Positions 37,097 through 46,961 of a stretch of DNA of 64,000 bases are shown here, piece by piece. Within the stretch, counting starts at the first letter, position 1, and every line of letters begins with the position of its first letter. The stretch spans positions 32,001 through 96,000 of IMG/VR virus record IMGVR_UViG_3300037484_000445, one strand, 5' to 3'. The notes below the pieces were generated by a model. It was not told the DNA's origin. It worked only from the letters and a program-made list of their open reading frames with translations, and searched no databases. Both the position numbers and the translations under genes were made by a program. The stretch comes from a virus. Lineage: Duplodnaviria; Heunggongvirae; Uroviricota; Caudoviricetes.

Positions 37097-39088
37097 ATGG
37101 CCAAAACCAAAGGCCTGTCCAGCCTTGTTCGTCAGGTTGGGCAAAAGATCAGAAGCAACAGCGGGGGCGAGGTAGTCGGGTCTGATGGTCCGAAGATTTT
37201 CAATATTCTCGACTACATAGAACAGCCTTGGGGTCTCAACATGACCCTTTACCCAGCTCAGCGCTTCATTGTGAAGCTCTACTATGGGTTGGAGTTGGAC
37301 ACCACCTTACCTGAGGATCCCAATCAGCGGATCCAGGTGACGGATATGTTCAAGTCCGAGGTGAAGTACGAGTTCACCGAGGTGGAGTACCTTCATTACC
37401 TGTTCAATGAGGGTCGATGTAACATTGGTGCTCAGGACCATAGCCGACGAGAGTTGGTTATGCCCATCGGTCGCCGTGGCGGCAAGACTACTCTTTCAGG
37501 CATTTTTGCCAGTTATGAGATCTACCGCCTTCTCAACCTGTACAACCCACAGTCTTACTATGGGTTGCCGAATGGCAACCGTATTCAGATCATGTCGGTT
37601 GCAACAGGCAAAGAGCAGGCTGGTTTGCTCTTCAATGAAGTCACCTCGCATTTAGCCAAGTGCGAGTACTTTAGCCCTTTCATTGCGAACAACACCCTGT
37701 CGCATGTGAATTTTCGTACCCCCTACGACATTGAGAAGTTCGGGCCAGCCGCTCGACAAGAGAACGGCAAGTTCGTCAGCTTCAATGGTAAGGCCACTCT
37801 TCGCGTAACCTTCAATAGCTGCATAGCTAAGGGTCTTCGTGGTCACGGTAACATCGTGATCATTTTGGATGAGGTCGCTCACTTTCAGGACAAGGGCAAT
37901 AGTTCGGCTCAAGAGGTTTACAACGCTGTTACGCCGTCGTCAGCCGCCTTCTCCTACAAGGATCCTAAGACTCACCGTCCTGCCATCGATCGCGTAACGG
38001 GCAAAGAGGCAGAAGTCGAGAGTCGCATTATCTTGATTTCGTCCCCCTTAGGTCGTTCGGGGTTGTTTTACAACCGCTACGACTTAGCCATGAGAGGTGG
38101 CGAAGGGGCCGAGAACATTCTGGCTATTCAGGCACCTACTTGGGAGATCAATCCTACGGTTCCGGGGGCCTACTACAAGCAAAAGTACCATGAAAACCCA
38201 CCAGTTTTCATGGTTGAGCACGGGGCACAATTCAGCGACCAAACTCGAGGCTGGATTGAGCGTGAATCGGATCTCACAGCTTGTATTAGGTCTTCGTTGC
38301 GCCCCAAGAGAATGGCTGCCCCGCGGCAACCCCATCAAATGGGGATTGACGTTGGTTTGGTCCGTGGTGGCGACGGTACCACTGTAGCCATCACACACAC
38401 AGAGGAAGACCGGATAATTCTTGATTACCATGAGGGCTGGTACGCCGGCATCGATTGGCGTGTAACTAACCCTCACTTGGATGGGATTTTTTCGGTCGAT
38501 TATGCCCGTAGAATAGCCGACGTTGAACGCCTGGACTTTGACGAGATCGCCGAGTGGATCAAATCCCTTTGCCAGAAGTTCCACATTACGGCTGGGTTAT
38601 TTGACCGTTGGAACGGTATTCCGCTTGAACAAGCCCTACATAAGAAAGGCCTGAAGCAGTTCAAGTCAGAGTTCTTTCCGAGGGACACAACGAGCAAAAT
38701 CTACCAAACCGTCAAGATGACCATGTACGACCAGAAGTTGGTTCTCTATGACTACCCCTTACCTGAACGTGTCACAGAGGGATCTCGTCATTCCCCTCTG
38801 ATTGCAGAGCTATTGTCTCTGCAAGCCACCCAGGTTTCCAAGAACATGGTGGTCGTCGAAGCCCCGGAAAAATCAGGTAGTCACGACGATTTCAGCGATG
38901 CCTTGGTCCGGTCTGTCTGGCTTTCGACCGAAGTCATTATGAACCGCAAGCACACTTCTCACGGGAGTCCTTATCATCCGGTAATAGCATCATCTATGAG
39001 TCCTCAACGGTACCAACTGTCGCGAGCTCGACACCACGGTATAAGTGACCGTAGTTTGGTTGGTCGTAGCATTGTGAGGCCGAGGTAA
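37097..39088 (+). CDS. terL: terminase large subunit
   Basis: LYPAQ, IGRRGGKT Walker A, QA, IILDE Walker B, LISSP coupling motif, nuclease GID and HDDFSDA. Confidence 0.92.
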   Translation: MAKTKGLSSLVRQVGQKIRSNSGGEVVGSDGPKIFNILDYIEQPWGLNMTLYPAQRFIVKLYYGLELDTTLPEDPNQRIQVTDMFKSEVKYEFTEVEYLHYLFNEGRCNIGAQDHSRRELVMPIGRRGGKTTLSGIFASYEIYRLLNLYNPQSYYGLPNGNRIQIMSVATGKEQAGLLFNEVTSHLAKCEYFSPFIANNTLSHVNFRTPYDIEKFGPAARQENGKFVSFNGKATLRVTFNSCIAKGLRGHGNIVIILDEVAHFQDKGNSSAQEVYNAVTPSSAAFSYKDPKTHRPAIDRVTGKEAEVESRIILISSPLGRSGLFYNRYDLAMRGGEGAENILAIQAPTWEINPTVPGAYYKQKYHENPPVFMVEHGAQFSDQTRGWIERESDLTACIRSSLRPKRMAAPRQPHQMGIDVGLVRGGDGTTVAITHTEEDRIILDYHEGWYAGIDWRVTNPHLDGIFSVDYARRIADVERLDFDEIAEWIKSLCQKFHITAGLFDRWNGIPLEQALHKKGLKQFKSEFFPRDTTSKIYQTVKMTMYDQKLVLYDYPLPERVTEGSRHSPLIAELLSLQATQVSKNMVVVEAPEKSGSHDDFSDALVRSVWLSTEVIMNRKHTSHGSPYHPVIASSMSPQRYQLSRARHHGISDRSLVGRSIVRPR

Positions 39089-39090
39089 TT

Positions 39091-39342
39091 TTGGATACCC
39101 CTAAGGACCCCCCTAGCGTATTCGCCAACAGAGTGATTCGGCAGATTGCCGACCATTTGTTGGGTGAGGACTTGGTCATCGAGCCTAAGGACTTCATGAT
39201 TTTGCGGTTGGTCTATCGGCGTTTGGGCGGCACTTGGGATGGATTGATTCACGGTAACGGTAAGTACCTACAGATTCTGGAGAAGACCATCACCAATTGG
39301 GGGAAGATGCCAGGGCGCAAGCGGGAGAGTCCTGATGCTTGA
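39091..39342 (+). CDS. hypothetical protein
   Basis: 83-aa ORF exactly filling the gap between terL and the paralog trio. Confidence 0.55.
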   Translation: MDTPKDPPSVFANRVIRQIADHLLGEDLVIEPKDFMILRLVYRRLGGTWDGLIHGNGKYLQILEKTITNWGKMPGRKRESPDA

Positions 39343-39856
39343 GCAGGCACGTACTAGAGACTGTGTCATTCTTTACAAGGGTGACGCCTATCCGGTAACG
39401 GTTGATCCCGTTATGGCGGCTACTGGATGGCGTGGGGGTCAAGGGGTTCAGTGGGTATCTTCCTCCAAGGATGAACTTCTAGTTACCTTCTCGGATGGTC
39501 TATACTCAGGGTTTTTGCTCTGGGGATCCGATGAATCCTCTGACCTCCATACGGCTTCAACCCGGAATCAACCTGCCTACCAGTTCACAACTATTGGTGC
39601 TGGTGGCTGGATTATCATGACCAACACCTTTGAGAAGTACACGTACACTTCTCGAACGGGTGGAGGTCCTCTGGTTCCTATTGTTTACAACGCCAGTGAC
39701 CGATTGGTTTTTTCTCTCAGAGGCTACTTTACTAAGGAAGACGAATGGACCCTGTCGGGGGATCCGAGAGCTCCCAACGACTACTTCATCGCCTTCGTGA
39801 TACAGGCGCCTAGTGCCGTCACTTCTGACTACATGACGATCCAGGTGTCCATATGA
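39335..39856 (+). CDS. decoration/cement-like structural protein, paralog 1 of 3
   Basis: RTRDC..KGD, GW.GGQGV.W, GF.LWGSDE, EKYTY.SR.GGGP, FSLRG..T.EDE. Confidence 0.7.
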   Translation: MLEQARTRDCVILYKGDAYPVTVDPVMAATGWRGGQGVQWVSSSKDELLVTFSDGLYSGFLLWGSDESSDLHTASTRNQPAYQFTTIGAGGWIIMTNTFEKYTYTSRTGGGPLVPIVYNASDRLVFSLRGYFTKEDEWTLSGDPRAPNDYFIAFVIQAPSAVTSDYMTIQVSI

Positions 39857-40371
39857 GCGAACTCTTCCGCACCCGGGACTGTGTCGTCCTTTTCAAGGGG
39901 GATGCCTACACAGTTTCTTTGTCGACAGCCCTACGCAACAACGGTTGGTCTGGTGGTCAAGGTGTGATGTGGGAAGACTCTTCTTTGGATGAGTTTCGTG
40001 TTACATTTTCCAACGGTCTCTACGGTGGGTTCTTGTTGTGGGGGTCTGACGAATCCTCGGATCAGTATGTCTCTTTCTTGAGGAATCAAGTAGTCGTCGG
40101 CGCCGGGGTGATTTGCTTGGGGGGTTGGTTGATCACTACGAGCACCTATGAGAAGTACACTTACACTTCTCGTACTGGTGGCGGACCCTTGATCCCAATC
40201 GTTTACCAAGAGGGCCTTCGTCTCAGGTTCTCTCTTAGAGGTCTTTGGACTATCGAGGATGAATGGAATTTGTCGAATCCCTTGACCTCCAACCCCTATT
40301 TCGTTGGATCTGTGACACAAGCGCCTAAGGCTTCGAACAACAACTATCTTGGTATTCAAACGTCAATCTAA
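39853..40371 (+). CDS. decoration/cement-like structural protein, paralog 2 of 3
   Basis: Same motifs as paralog 1; ATGA coupling. Confidence 0.7.
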   Translation: MSELFRTRDCVVLFKGDAYTVSLSTALRNNGWSGGQGVMWEDSSLDEFRVTFSNGLYGGFLLWGSDESSDQYVSFLRNQVVVGAGVICLGGWLITTSTYEKYTYTSRTGGGPLIPIVYQEGLRLRFSLRGLWTIEDEWNLSNPLTSNPYFVGSVTQAPKASNNNYLGIQTSI

Positions 40372-40895
40372 TGACTGAAATCATTCGAACCCGTAACTGT
40401 AACGTCTACTTCAAGGGTGACTCCACAACGGTCACCATTTCGGACGCTATGGTGGCTTCTGGCTGGGCTGGGGGTCAGGGGGTCCAATGGGTAGGGGCCG
40501 TTGGGGATGACCGCGTAGTAACCTATTCAAGTGGGTTGTACGGGGGTTTTCTCATTTGGGGCTCAGATGAGCCTGGTGATGACTTTGCGGCCATTACCCG
40601 GCAACAACCAGCCTATCGCTACGCCACCATGTGCTTTGGGGGGTCTCTACTGACAACCTCGACCTACGAGCGGTACACCTACGCTTCTCGAGTTGCGGGG
40701 GGTCCCCAGGTTCCGTTGACCTACAACATCAATGACCCACTGTACTTTTCATCTCGAGGTTTGTTCACCAACGAGGATGAATTGTCTCAACAAGTGCCTA
40801 TAAGCCTGTTGGCACCAGCATTCTTTGTGGGATTTGTGGCCCAAGTACCCAAGGCCTCTAACGATTATTGGTTGGGTGTTCAAACTAGTATGTGA
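40371..40895 (+). CDS. decoration/cement-like structural protein, paralog 3 of 3
   Basis: Same motifs as paralog 1; TAATG coupling. Confidence 0.7.
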   Translation: MTEIIRTRNCNVYFKGDSTTVTISDAMVASGWAGGQGVQWVGAVGDDRVVTYSSGLYGGFLIWGSDEPGDDFAAITRQQPAYRYATMCFGGSLLTTSTYERYTYASRVAGGPQVPLTYNINDPLYFSSRGLFTNEDELSQQVPISLLAPAFFVGFVAQVPKASNDYWLGVQTSM

Positions 40896-40911
40896 TAGTG
40901 TGAGTGAGCAT

Positions 40912-41385
40912 ATGCCAAGCCCCTCTACCCCAGAATCCTCAGCTGCCAAACGTGTCGAGCATGAGGCTGCTCTTGCCGAGCGTGAAGAACGTGAGGTTGA
41001 GGCGTTAATCCAGAAAGTTAGGGAAGCTAAGAGCGAAGCCATGGAAAAGCTCTTGGCTTTGGGCACTTGTGCAGATGCCTTACGCCAACATGGGCGCCGT
41101 AACCACACGGACATGTCCGGTGCCTTGATTATGTTTGCCACGGCCCACATGAGAATTGCGGGGGCCGCAATTCAAGGGATCCGTCGGACAGGCCCAGTTG
41201 ATCGTGTAGTTGATCGCGCCAAGTCTGAAAGGACTGAGGCCATCCGTTTCGAGGAAGAGCGTTTGGTGAGAGAAAATTCCCGCAAGGCTCGCGAGAAAGC
41301 TCAACGACAGGTCGATCGTCTAACCTTCCCTGTTGATAACGACGCTATCGATGAACTTTACGGGGAGGTAGATTCAGATGCCTAA
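40912..41385 (+). CDS. helical hypothetical protein
   Basis: Charged coiled-coil ORF overlapping the portal start; the ATG at 40912 avoids an upstream overlap. Confidence 0.6.
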   Translation: MPSPSTPESSAAKRVEHEAALAEREEREVEALIQKVREAKSEAMEKLLALGTCADALRQHGRRNHTDMSGALIMFATAHMRIAGAAIQGIRRTGPVDRVVDRAKSERTEAIRFEEERLVRENSRKAREKAQRQVDRLTFPVDNDAIDELYGEVDSDA

Positions 41386-43210
41386 TTACACGAACAGCCC
41401 AGTAGGGCCTCAATATATTGTACGTACTTCGCTACGTCAACATCGCCCCTATGTGGCCAGCAGTTTTTCGAGTCAACTGACTCCTAAAGAGCGTCTAGCC
41501 CGGCAGCAGCAAAAAGTCGCCAACGGGATGGGGACTGCGGGTGGATATGGAGTTGGTGGAGGATTTGGCGGCAGTAGTATCGGTATGGGTGGTGCTGGCA
41601 GCACGATCTTGAGTTCTCAGGGTAACTTCTTCAGTCCACAACTCTCGACTGACTTCCTCGAGTTACCTCAGAGCATTCGTGAGCGCCGAGAGATCTACAG
41701 GCACTTCTACAATTCCGATGAGTTGGTGGGTCAGGCTCTAGACATCCACACTGAGCTACCTCTTTCCAAAGTTCGGTTGGCAGCGCCTAAACCTAGACTA
41801 GCCCCTAAGGGTTTCAAAAGTCCCGAGGATTACGGTAAGTACATTCTCAGTCGATTCCAACGTATGTGTGATAGGGTTAAGCTATTTCAGCGCCTCATCA
41901 CCATGGTCCACCACTATTGGTTGGATGGGCTGGCCTGCATTTTTGCTGAGGATAGCGTAGTCGAGGTTCCTCCTGAAGTGGGTCACACTCGCCAGCGGGT
42001 AAAGCAAGCTGTCCTTAAGGAAGATGGTGTGCCTGTTGAAGAGGAAGTGGACATTTGGACTGAGGATGAGACTACTGAAGAGCGAGAATTTACGTACTAT
42101 CGTAAGCATTACCGTGGGTGGGAAAAGCTCATTGTCCTTCCGATCGATAGGGTCAAGATCACAACCTTCGATTACACAGACAAGTCTATTGTCGAGCTGA
42201 TTCCTTCGAACAGAGACCGAGTTCTCATCGATAAAGCTCGAACAGGTGATCCCGTAGCCCAGAAGTTGGTCCAAGAGATTCCCGATGAGGTTAGGGACCA
42301 TATCGAGAAGGGCCAAGCCATACCTTTGGGAACAGATCCCGAAGAAGGCTCTTTTGCCTACATCCTCACGGGTAGCAAAGATGCGGATTCTTCCTTGGGT
42401 CATTCGATCCTAGATCGGTGCCTAAGGACCTTGTATTACAGGGAAAAACTACGTCAAGCTCAGACGTCGATTGCTTCTCGGGCTATGACACCCAAGCGCA
42501 TTGTTTGGGCTGAAGGGCTTTCTGATGTGGACGTCGACATGCTCCGTGAGCAGGTAGATTTGTCCTTGGTTGACCCGGACTACTCTATCGTCACGAACTA
42601 TGAGGTTCATTGGGAGGAGATGGGTTCTAGGGACCGTTTGTTGGATCTCTCCACCGAGTATGAACAGACGGAACGGCGCCTTTTGGCAGGTCTTGGTGTG
42701 ACCGAGAGCCTTATGTCTGGGGAGTCTCTCTATTCGGGAGATCGCCTCAAGCTAGAGGTCATCAACCAACGATACTTACATCTTCGTGAGATCCTGCAGG
42801 AGTACGTCGAAGAAAGCCTATTCCGTCCAGTAGCTCAGCGTATGGGCTTCATCGAGGAGGATGAGTGGGGTCAGGAAGTCGTGTTGTTTCCACGGTTGAG
42901 TTTCACGCGGATGCCCCTACGTGACAGTCAGGACACGTTCGATGCTTTGATGAACCTGTATCAAAAGGGTTCGATATCTATCGATCTCATCCTCGAGTTA
43001 CTAAATATCGATCCCGATGACACACGGATGAAAATCGAACGTGACCTGTTCACGGTCAATGACGCCTTGTTCAACGAAATCCTTCGATCGCTTTACAACG
43101 AAGTGGGTCGTATGTTGGCCGAGAAGTCGGACGTTTTGGACCGTGTTGCCAAGTACATGCAGCTGAAGCTGAAACCTGAGGAGCCTGAAGAGGGGGCCAG
43201 TCGTTTCTAA
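41378..43210 (+). CDS. portal protein
   Basis: 610 aa between TerL and the protease; FY..D.LV..ALD.H.ELPLS, G.SIL.RC.R.L, LLAGLGV.ESL.SGE..YS, portal-like helical layout. Confidence 0.82.
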   Translation: MPNYTNSPVGPQYIVRTSLRQHRPYVASSFSSQLTPKERLARQQQKVANGMGTAGGYGVGGGFGGSSIGMGGAGSTILSSQGNFFSPQLSTDFLELPQSIRERREIYRHFYNSDELVGQALDIHTELPLSKVRLAAPKPRLAPKGFKSPEDYGKYILSRFQRMCDRVKLFQRLITMVHHYWLDGLACIFAEDSVVEVPPEVGHTRQRVKQAVLKEDGVPVEEEVDIWTEDETTEEREFTYYRKHYRGWEKLIVLPIDRVKITTFDYTDKSIVELIPSNRDRVLIDKARTGDPVAQKLVQEIPDEVRDHIEKGQAIPLGTDPEEGSFAYILTGSKDADSSLGHSILDRCLRTLYYREKLRQAQTSIASRAMTPKRIVWAEGLSDVDVDMLREQVDLSLVDPDYSIVTNYEVHWEEMGSRDRLLDLSTEYEQTERRLLAGLGVTESLMSGESLYSGDRLKLEVINQRYLHLREILQEYVEESLFRPVAQRMGFIEEDEWGQEVVLFPRLSFTRMPLRDSQDTFDALMNLYQKGSISIDLILELLNIDPDDTRMKIERDLFTVNDALFNEILRSLYNEVGRMLAEKSDVLDRVAKYMQLKLKPEEPEEGASRF

Positions 43211-43217
43211 CGGTCGC

Positions 43218-43242
43218 CTTTTTATCAGTTGGCCTAAGGTGA
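43218..43242 (+). promoter_or_regulatory. TTTAT-N13-GTGA putative late promoter directly before the ATG
   Basis: CCTTTTTATCAGTTGGCCTAAGGTGA-ATG. Confidence 0.45.
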
Positions 43243-46200
43243 ATGCACCGTGAGGCCACAAAGACTGATCTGCAGAAGCAGGATGAGGAGTTTCAGCGCT
43301 TAGTAAGGCCTAGCCCTAAGCAAAAACCTCCTCGTCATGACCTGCGTCGTGAGCGGGTCGACCTTGAAAGTGATCCAGACAATGAGGATCCTTCAGACAA
43401 GAAGGATCGCAGTCGTAATTTCAAGGATATTGGTGGGTCTGTCATTGCTCGTCTGGTTCATCGAGCCCGGACTGAGCGAATTCCCGCTAGGAGCCGTGAA
43501 ACCGGCGATGTTGTTCAAATCTCACCGAAGACACTGAAGGAGCGCCCGGGTGAGTATGAGGTCGTTGAACCCGAAGAGGAAAGCTCAAAAACCGAAGGTA
43601 TTGAGCCTAAGGAAGAAGAACCTGAAGCGAAGCCCGAAGGTCCGACAGAGTCGTCGAAACGTACGAAGTTCTACCAAGATGCCGGGAACGCTCTACGTGA
43701 CTTAGCTCAAGGTGATCCTAAGCTCACAAATAAGTTGAAGGACTTTGGGCGTCCTGATTCACAGATTTCTGGTCTTGCCAAGGAGAATCCGGATTTTCCT
43801 GCAGCCAAGCTGTTTCCCGGCGTTACCCTACCTAAGGGTTTGAACACCCTGGGGGACATCAAGGAGGCTTTAGCTAACGCTGTGAAGCCTTCAAAGAAGA
43901 CGAAGGCACCATCCACGAAGCCTCCACCAGCTGAGGCTCCTCAAGAATCCCCAGGGGCAAAGGCCCAAACTGAAGAGCCCCCTTCAGCAACTGAAGAGCC
44001 CCCAGCAGCGCCTAAGAAGAAGGAACCACCTAAGCCCCCTAGCCCCAGAGCTCAGGCTCCACAGGAGGCGCCTGAGGCCAAAGAGCCACCCACTAAGGCC
44101 AAGGCTCCTAAGAGCAAGAAAGGGCCCGGGACCCCGCCTCAAAAGCCTGAGGCTAAGCCAGAAGCCCAGAAGCCCCAGCGTCCCAAAGAAGAGGGTGACC
44201 TTGAGTCTCCCAAGTCTGGGGTGGAGGTTCTTGATCACATCCCCACGAAGGCTGAGCTCTACCAAATCAAAAAGCCCCCGCGGCGCGAAGTTTCATCGGA
44301 CGAACGACAGGCAGCCCTGAGTCTTTTGATGGACACGTTTCCGCCGAACATTTCGTCGGAGCTCATAGCCAAGAACATTCACCCGGATGATGTGCGTGAA
44401 CTTGTTCGTAGTTACGGTGCTGCTAAGGCAGCGGGCCCAAAGAATCTGGATCGTCTAGTCTCCACGGTTTCTAAGGTTTACCAGACCGATCCCGATGAGG
44501 TTGATCCCCCTACCGAAGGGCTTAACGCTCAGGGTGCGACGGTTTCGTTTGACCAGTTAACCCCGGAAGAACAGGCGGAAGCTACCTTGAAGCATCAACT
44601 TCAAGTGTCGGCATTAAGCCTTGCGGCACACGATATTCTCACGGACAAATTGTCTCAAAAGGGCGCCATTTCTGGAAGGGCCCGTGTTCCCTCGAGTTTG
44701 GCTTCGACTCTGGCCGATAACATCCTCAGACCGCCGGATCCGAGCAATGTCGCAGCCATAGCATCGGAGACGTTCAAGGCTGCTCTTGAAGGGGGCGGCG
44801 GTTCTCTGAGTCCTAAATCAGCTAAGGCTCTGTTAACACGAATCTCTAAGTACCCTGGCGCAAAAGAGATCGCCACAGCCTACATGCAGGCTGCCGATTA
44901 CACTCAAGCTAAGACCGAATTCCTAGATAGCGCTGAGATTAGTGAATGGGATAGGCCAGGCAAGATCGTCAAAGGCCTAGGTAAAGCCGAGGAGTTCTTC
45001 CGTAAGCGCAATGCTGAGTACGGCACTTCTGGAGAGCATCCGGCGGCACGGATGTTTAGACAGCGAGTTGTTAACCGTTTGAATGCCCTTGATCCTACTA
45101 AGGCTAAGGCTGTTAGAGGTCGTTTGGCAGAACTCGAGAAGTCCGAATACGCCGACCAGGTGAAGGACTGGCACGAGGCTATGAAAGAGTACTTGGAGCG
45201 TAAGAAAGAACACGCCCAAGCCCATGCTGAGTACCTTTCGAACCCCCAAGGCAAGTCGCCTCCGGGTCCGTTTTTGGATGTTGCGCCCACAGAGCCAGCC
45301 AAACCGGCCCACAGTTTCGACAAAGAGGAAGGTTCCAAGTTGTGGAGTGACCTAAGGGAGCCTTCAAAGAAACCGAAGCCTGCCAAACCGGCTACTCCAA
45401 AGACGCCTGAATCCACGGAAACTCCCGAGCAAATTGCTGCTGTTGCAGATGAAGCCTGGGACAAAGCCCAACAGGAACAGGGGAAGACCGCTTCAGCGGT
45501 TGATAGATTCACTTATTCATTACGTTCTGTGATGGCCCCCTCTGCCAAGACCAGTGTGTATCACGGGATTGATCCAAAAACGAACCGTCCAAAAGCCTAT
45601 GAGGGTTGGAGTCAGTTCCACCAGCGGGATTTTGGGGAAAAGGACGTTCAGGCTATCTTGGCTTCGGCTCAGGATTGGCTTAAGTCTCCCTTACTGACGG
45701 TGGCTGTGAATGAGATGGTGCCAGACGCCAAACTTAGGGCGGCTTTGGACTTGGCCATCTACACAGGTCCTTACAATGGGGCCATACCTGCCAAGACTTA
45801 TGATGAACTGTTGGCTAAGTTTGCTGGCGTCAAAGAGCCCGGCCGTGGCGAAACTCTCCTGACAAAAACAGCTGATTTCAAGACGGAAAACGTCTTTCTT
45901 GCTGTTTATGGCCCGACGCCAATTGATGAACGTGTACTGAAGGCTCTCGAAGGCCCTAAGTTCACCTTCATAGACGCTTCGGGGACTGTGTTTGAGGACG
46001 GCACTATCGAGCCTCGTCTCGTACGACAAGGTTCTGTGGGTGCTGGACCAGGGTATGTGGGTGAAACCCTTGTGAGGATCAATTTCCCAGAGGGATCATC
46101 GGATGCTGCCCTCAAAATAGCCACTGGTGTTTTGGGATCCTTGAGGCTTAGGGCTGAAAAAGTTACTGCGTCGTACACACCTTCGTCGAGGGCGGCAGAC

Positions 46201-46524
46201 GAATCCTCTTTTATTCCAACTCCTAGTGATCCCCTCGAAAGTCGACTTTCTATGAAGGCTTCTACCGAAATTCGTAAGTTTGCAGCTCTCGCTGCAAAGA
46301 CCAACCCCAAGCTTGCTTTCGACATGTTGGCTTTTGCCGACCATGTCGCTGAGGAAGAGGGTGCTCAGAAGCCTGAGGAAGCCAGCGAGGCTAAGGGGCA
46401 GCAGAAGGAGGCTTCAAATCGGTTTGCCTCTCTACGGTCCCTCATCATTCGACAAGCGTCTTCTTTGGATGCTTCACAACGTGGGCCTTGGCTGCCTGTT
46501 CTTCAGGCCCTCAAGGATTTGTAA
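43243..46524 (+). CDS. large modular putative internal head protein or polyprotein
   Basis: 1093 aa; P/E/K-rich linkers; segments bounded by HREA, KTAS, KTAD, VTAS, MKAS, QKEAS; possible internal starts at 45532 and 46252. Confidence 0.7.
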   Translation: MHREATKTDLQKQDEEFQRLVRPSPKQKPPRHDLRRERVDLESDPDNEDPSDKKDRSRNFKDIGGSVIARLVHRARTERIPARSRETGDVVQISPKTLKERPGEYEVVEPEEESSKTEGIEPKEEEPEAKPEGPTESSKRTKFYQDAGNALRDLAQGDPKLTNKLKDFGRPDSQISGLAKENPDFPAAKLFPGVTLPKGLNTLGDIKEALANAVKPSKKTKAPSTKPPPAEAPQESPGAKAQTEEPPSATEEPPAAPKKKEPPKPPSPRAQAPQEAPEAKEPPTKAKAPKSKKGPGTPPQKPEAKPEAQKPQRPKEEGDLESPKSGVEVLDHIPTKAELYQIKKPPRREVSSDERQAALSLLMDTFPPNISSELIAKNIHPDDVRELVRSYGAAKAAGPKNLDRLVSTVSKVYQTDPDEVDPPTEGLNAQGATVSFDQLTPEEQAEATLKHQLQVSALSLAAHDILTDKLSQKGAISGRARVPSSLASTLADNILRPPDPSNVAAIASETFKAALEGGGGSLSPKSAKALLTRISKYPGAKEIATAYMQAADYTQAKTEFLDSAEISEWDRPGKIVKGLGKAEEFFRKRNAEYGTSGEHPAARMFRQRVVNRLNALDPTKAKAVRGRLAELEKSEYADQVKDWHEAMKEYLERKKEHAQAHAEYLSNPQGKSPPGPFLDVAPTEPAKPAHSFDKEEGSKLWSDLREPSKKPKPAKPATPKTPESTETPEQIAAVADEAWDKAQQEQGKTASAVDRFTYSLRSVMAPSAKTSVYHGIDPKTNRPKAYEGWSQFHQRDFGEKDVQAILASAQDWLKSPLLTVAVNEMVPDAKLRAALDLAIYTGPYNGAIPAKTYDELLAKFAGVKEPGRGETLLTKTADFKTENVFLAVYGPTPIDERVLKALEGPKFTFIDASGTVFEDGTIEPRLVRQGSVGAGPGYVGETLVRINFPEGSSDAALKIATGVLGSLRLRAEKVTASYTPSSRAADESSFIPTPSDPLESRLSMKASTEIRKFAALAAKTNPKLAFDMLAFADHVAEEEGAQKPEEASEAKGQQKEASNRFASLRSLIIRQASSLDASQRGPWLPVLQALKDL

Positions 46525-46554
46525 CTCAACACCCTGGAACAGGAACAAACAGTC

Positions 46555-46947
46555 ATGAAGAAACTATCGAAAGAGCAGTCCGTAGCCGCTAGCCAAATGC
46601 TGGGTCGTGTGGATACCTTGGCTCAGACCGTCATGCAGCGTTATGCTAGCTGGGGGATGAGTCAGGATGACGCCAAGAGGGTAGTGAATGCCCTTGATTC
46701 CGTTGCCGATGACTTCGAGCGTTGTGCTTTTGGTGAGGAGTCCCTTCAGGCTCGCCAGATTGAAGTTCTGAAGCAAGCCAAGGTAATTCAACAGGACAGC
46801 GACGAGTCCTACATGGGCACGTTCAATGCTCCTACGGCCCCCATTCAAACGGACGGTGATGAGCCTTACATGCAGGCTTACAAGGATGATCAGACCACTG
46901 CGGTCAACTCCGGTAAGTCAACTGTTGGTCGTCCTCTCGCTCCGTAA
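46555..46947 (+). CDS. head-module hypothetical protein
   Basis: 130 aa, AGGA RBS; KQA followed by a duplicated IQ.D.DE.YM segment. Confidence 0.65.
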   Translation: MKKLSKEQSVAASQMLGRVDTLAQTVMQRYASWGMSQDDAKRVVNALDSVADDFERCAFGEESLQARQIEVLKQAKVIQQDSDESYMGTFNAPTAPIQTDGDEPYMQAYKDDQTTAVNSGKSTVGRPLAP

Positions 46948-46961
46948 TTTCGGGGGTTATC

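Noticed and set aside
8351-39088. Inteins or introns in nrdJ, recD2, recA or terL
   Set aside because: Lengths are normal, and no C/S...HN splice motifs, homing-endonuclease motifs or ORF interruptions were seen.
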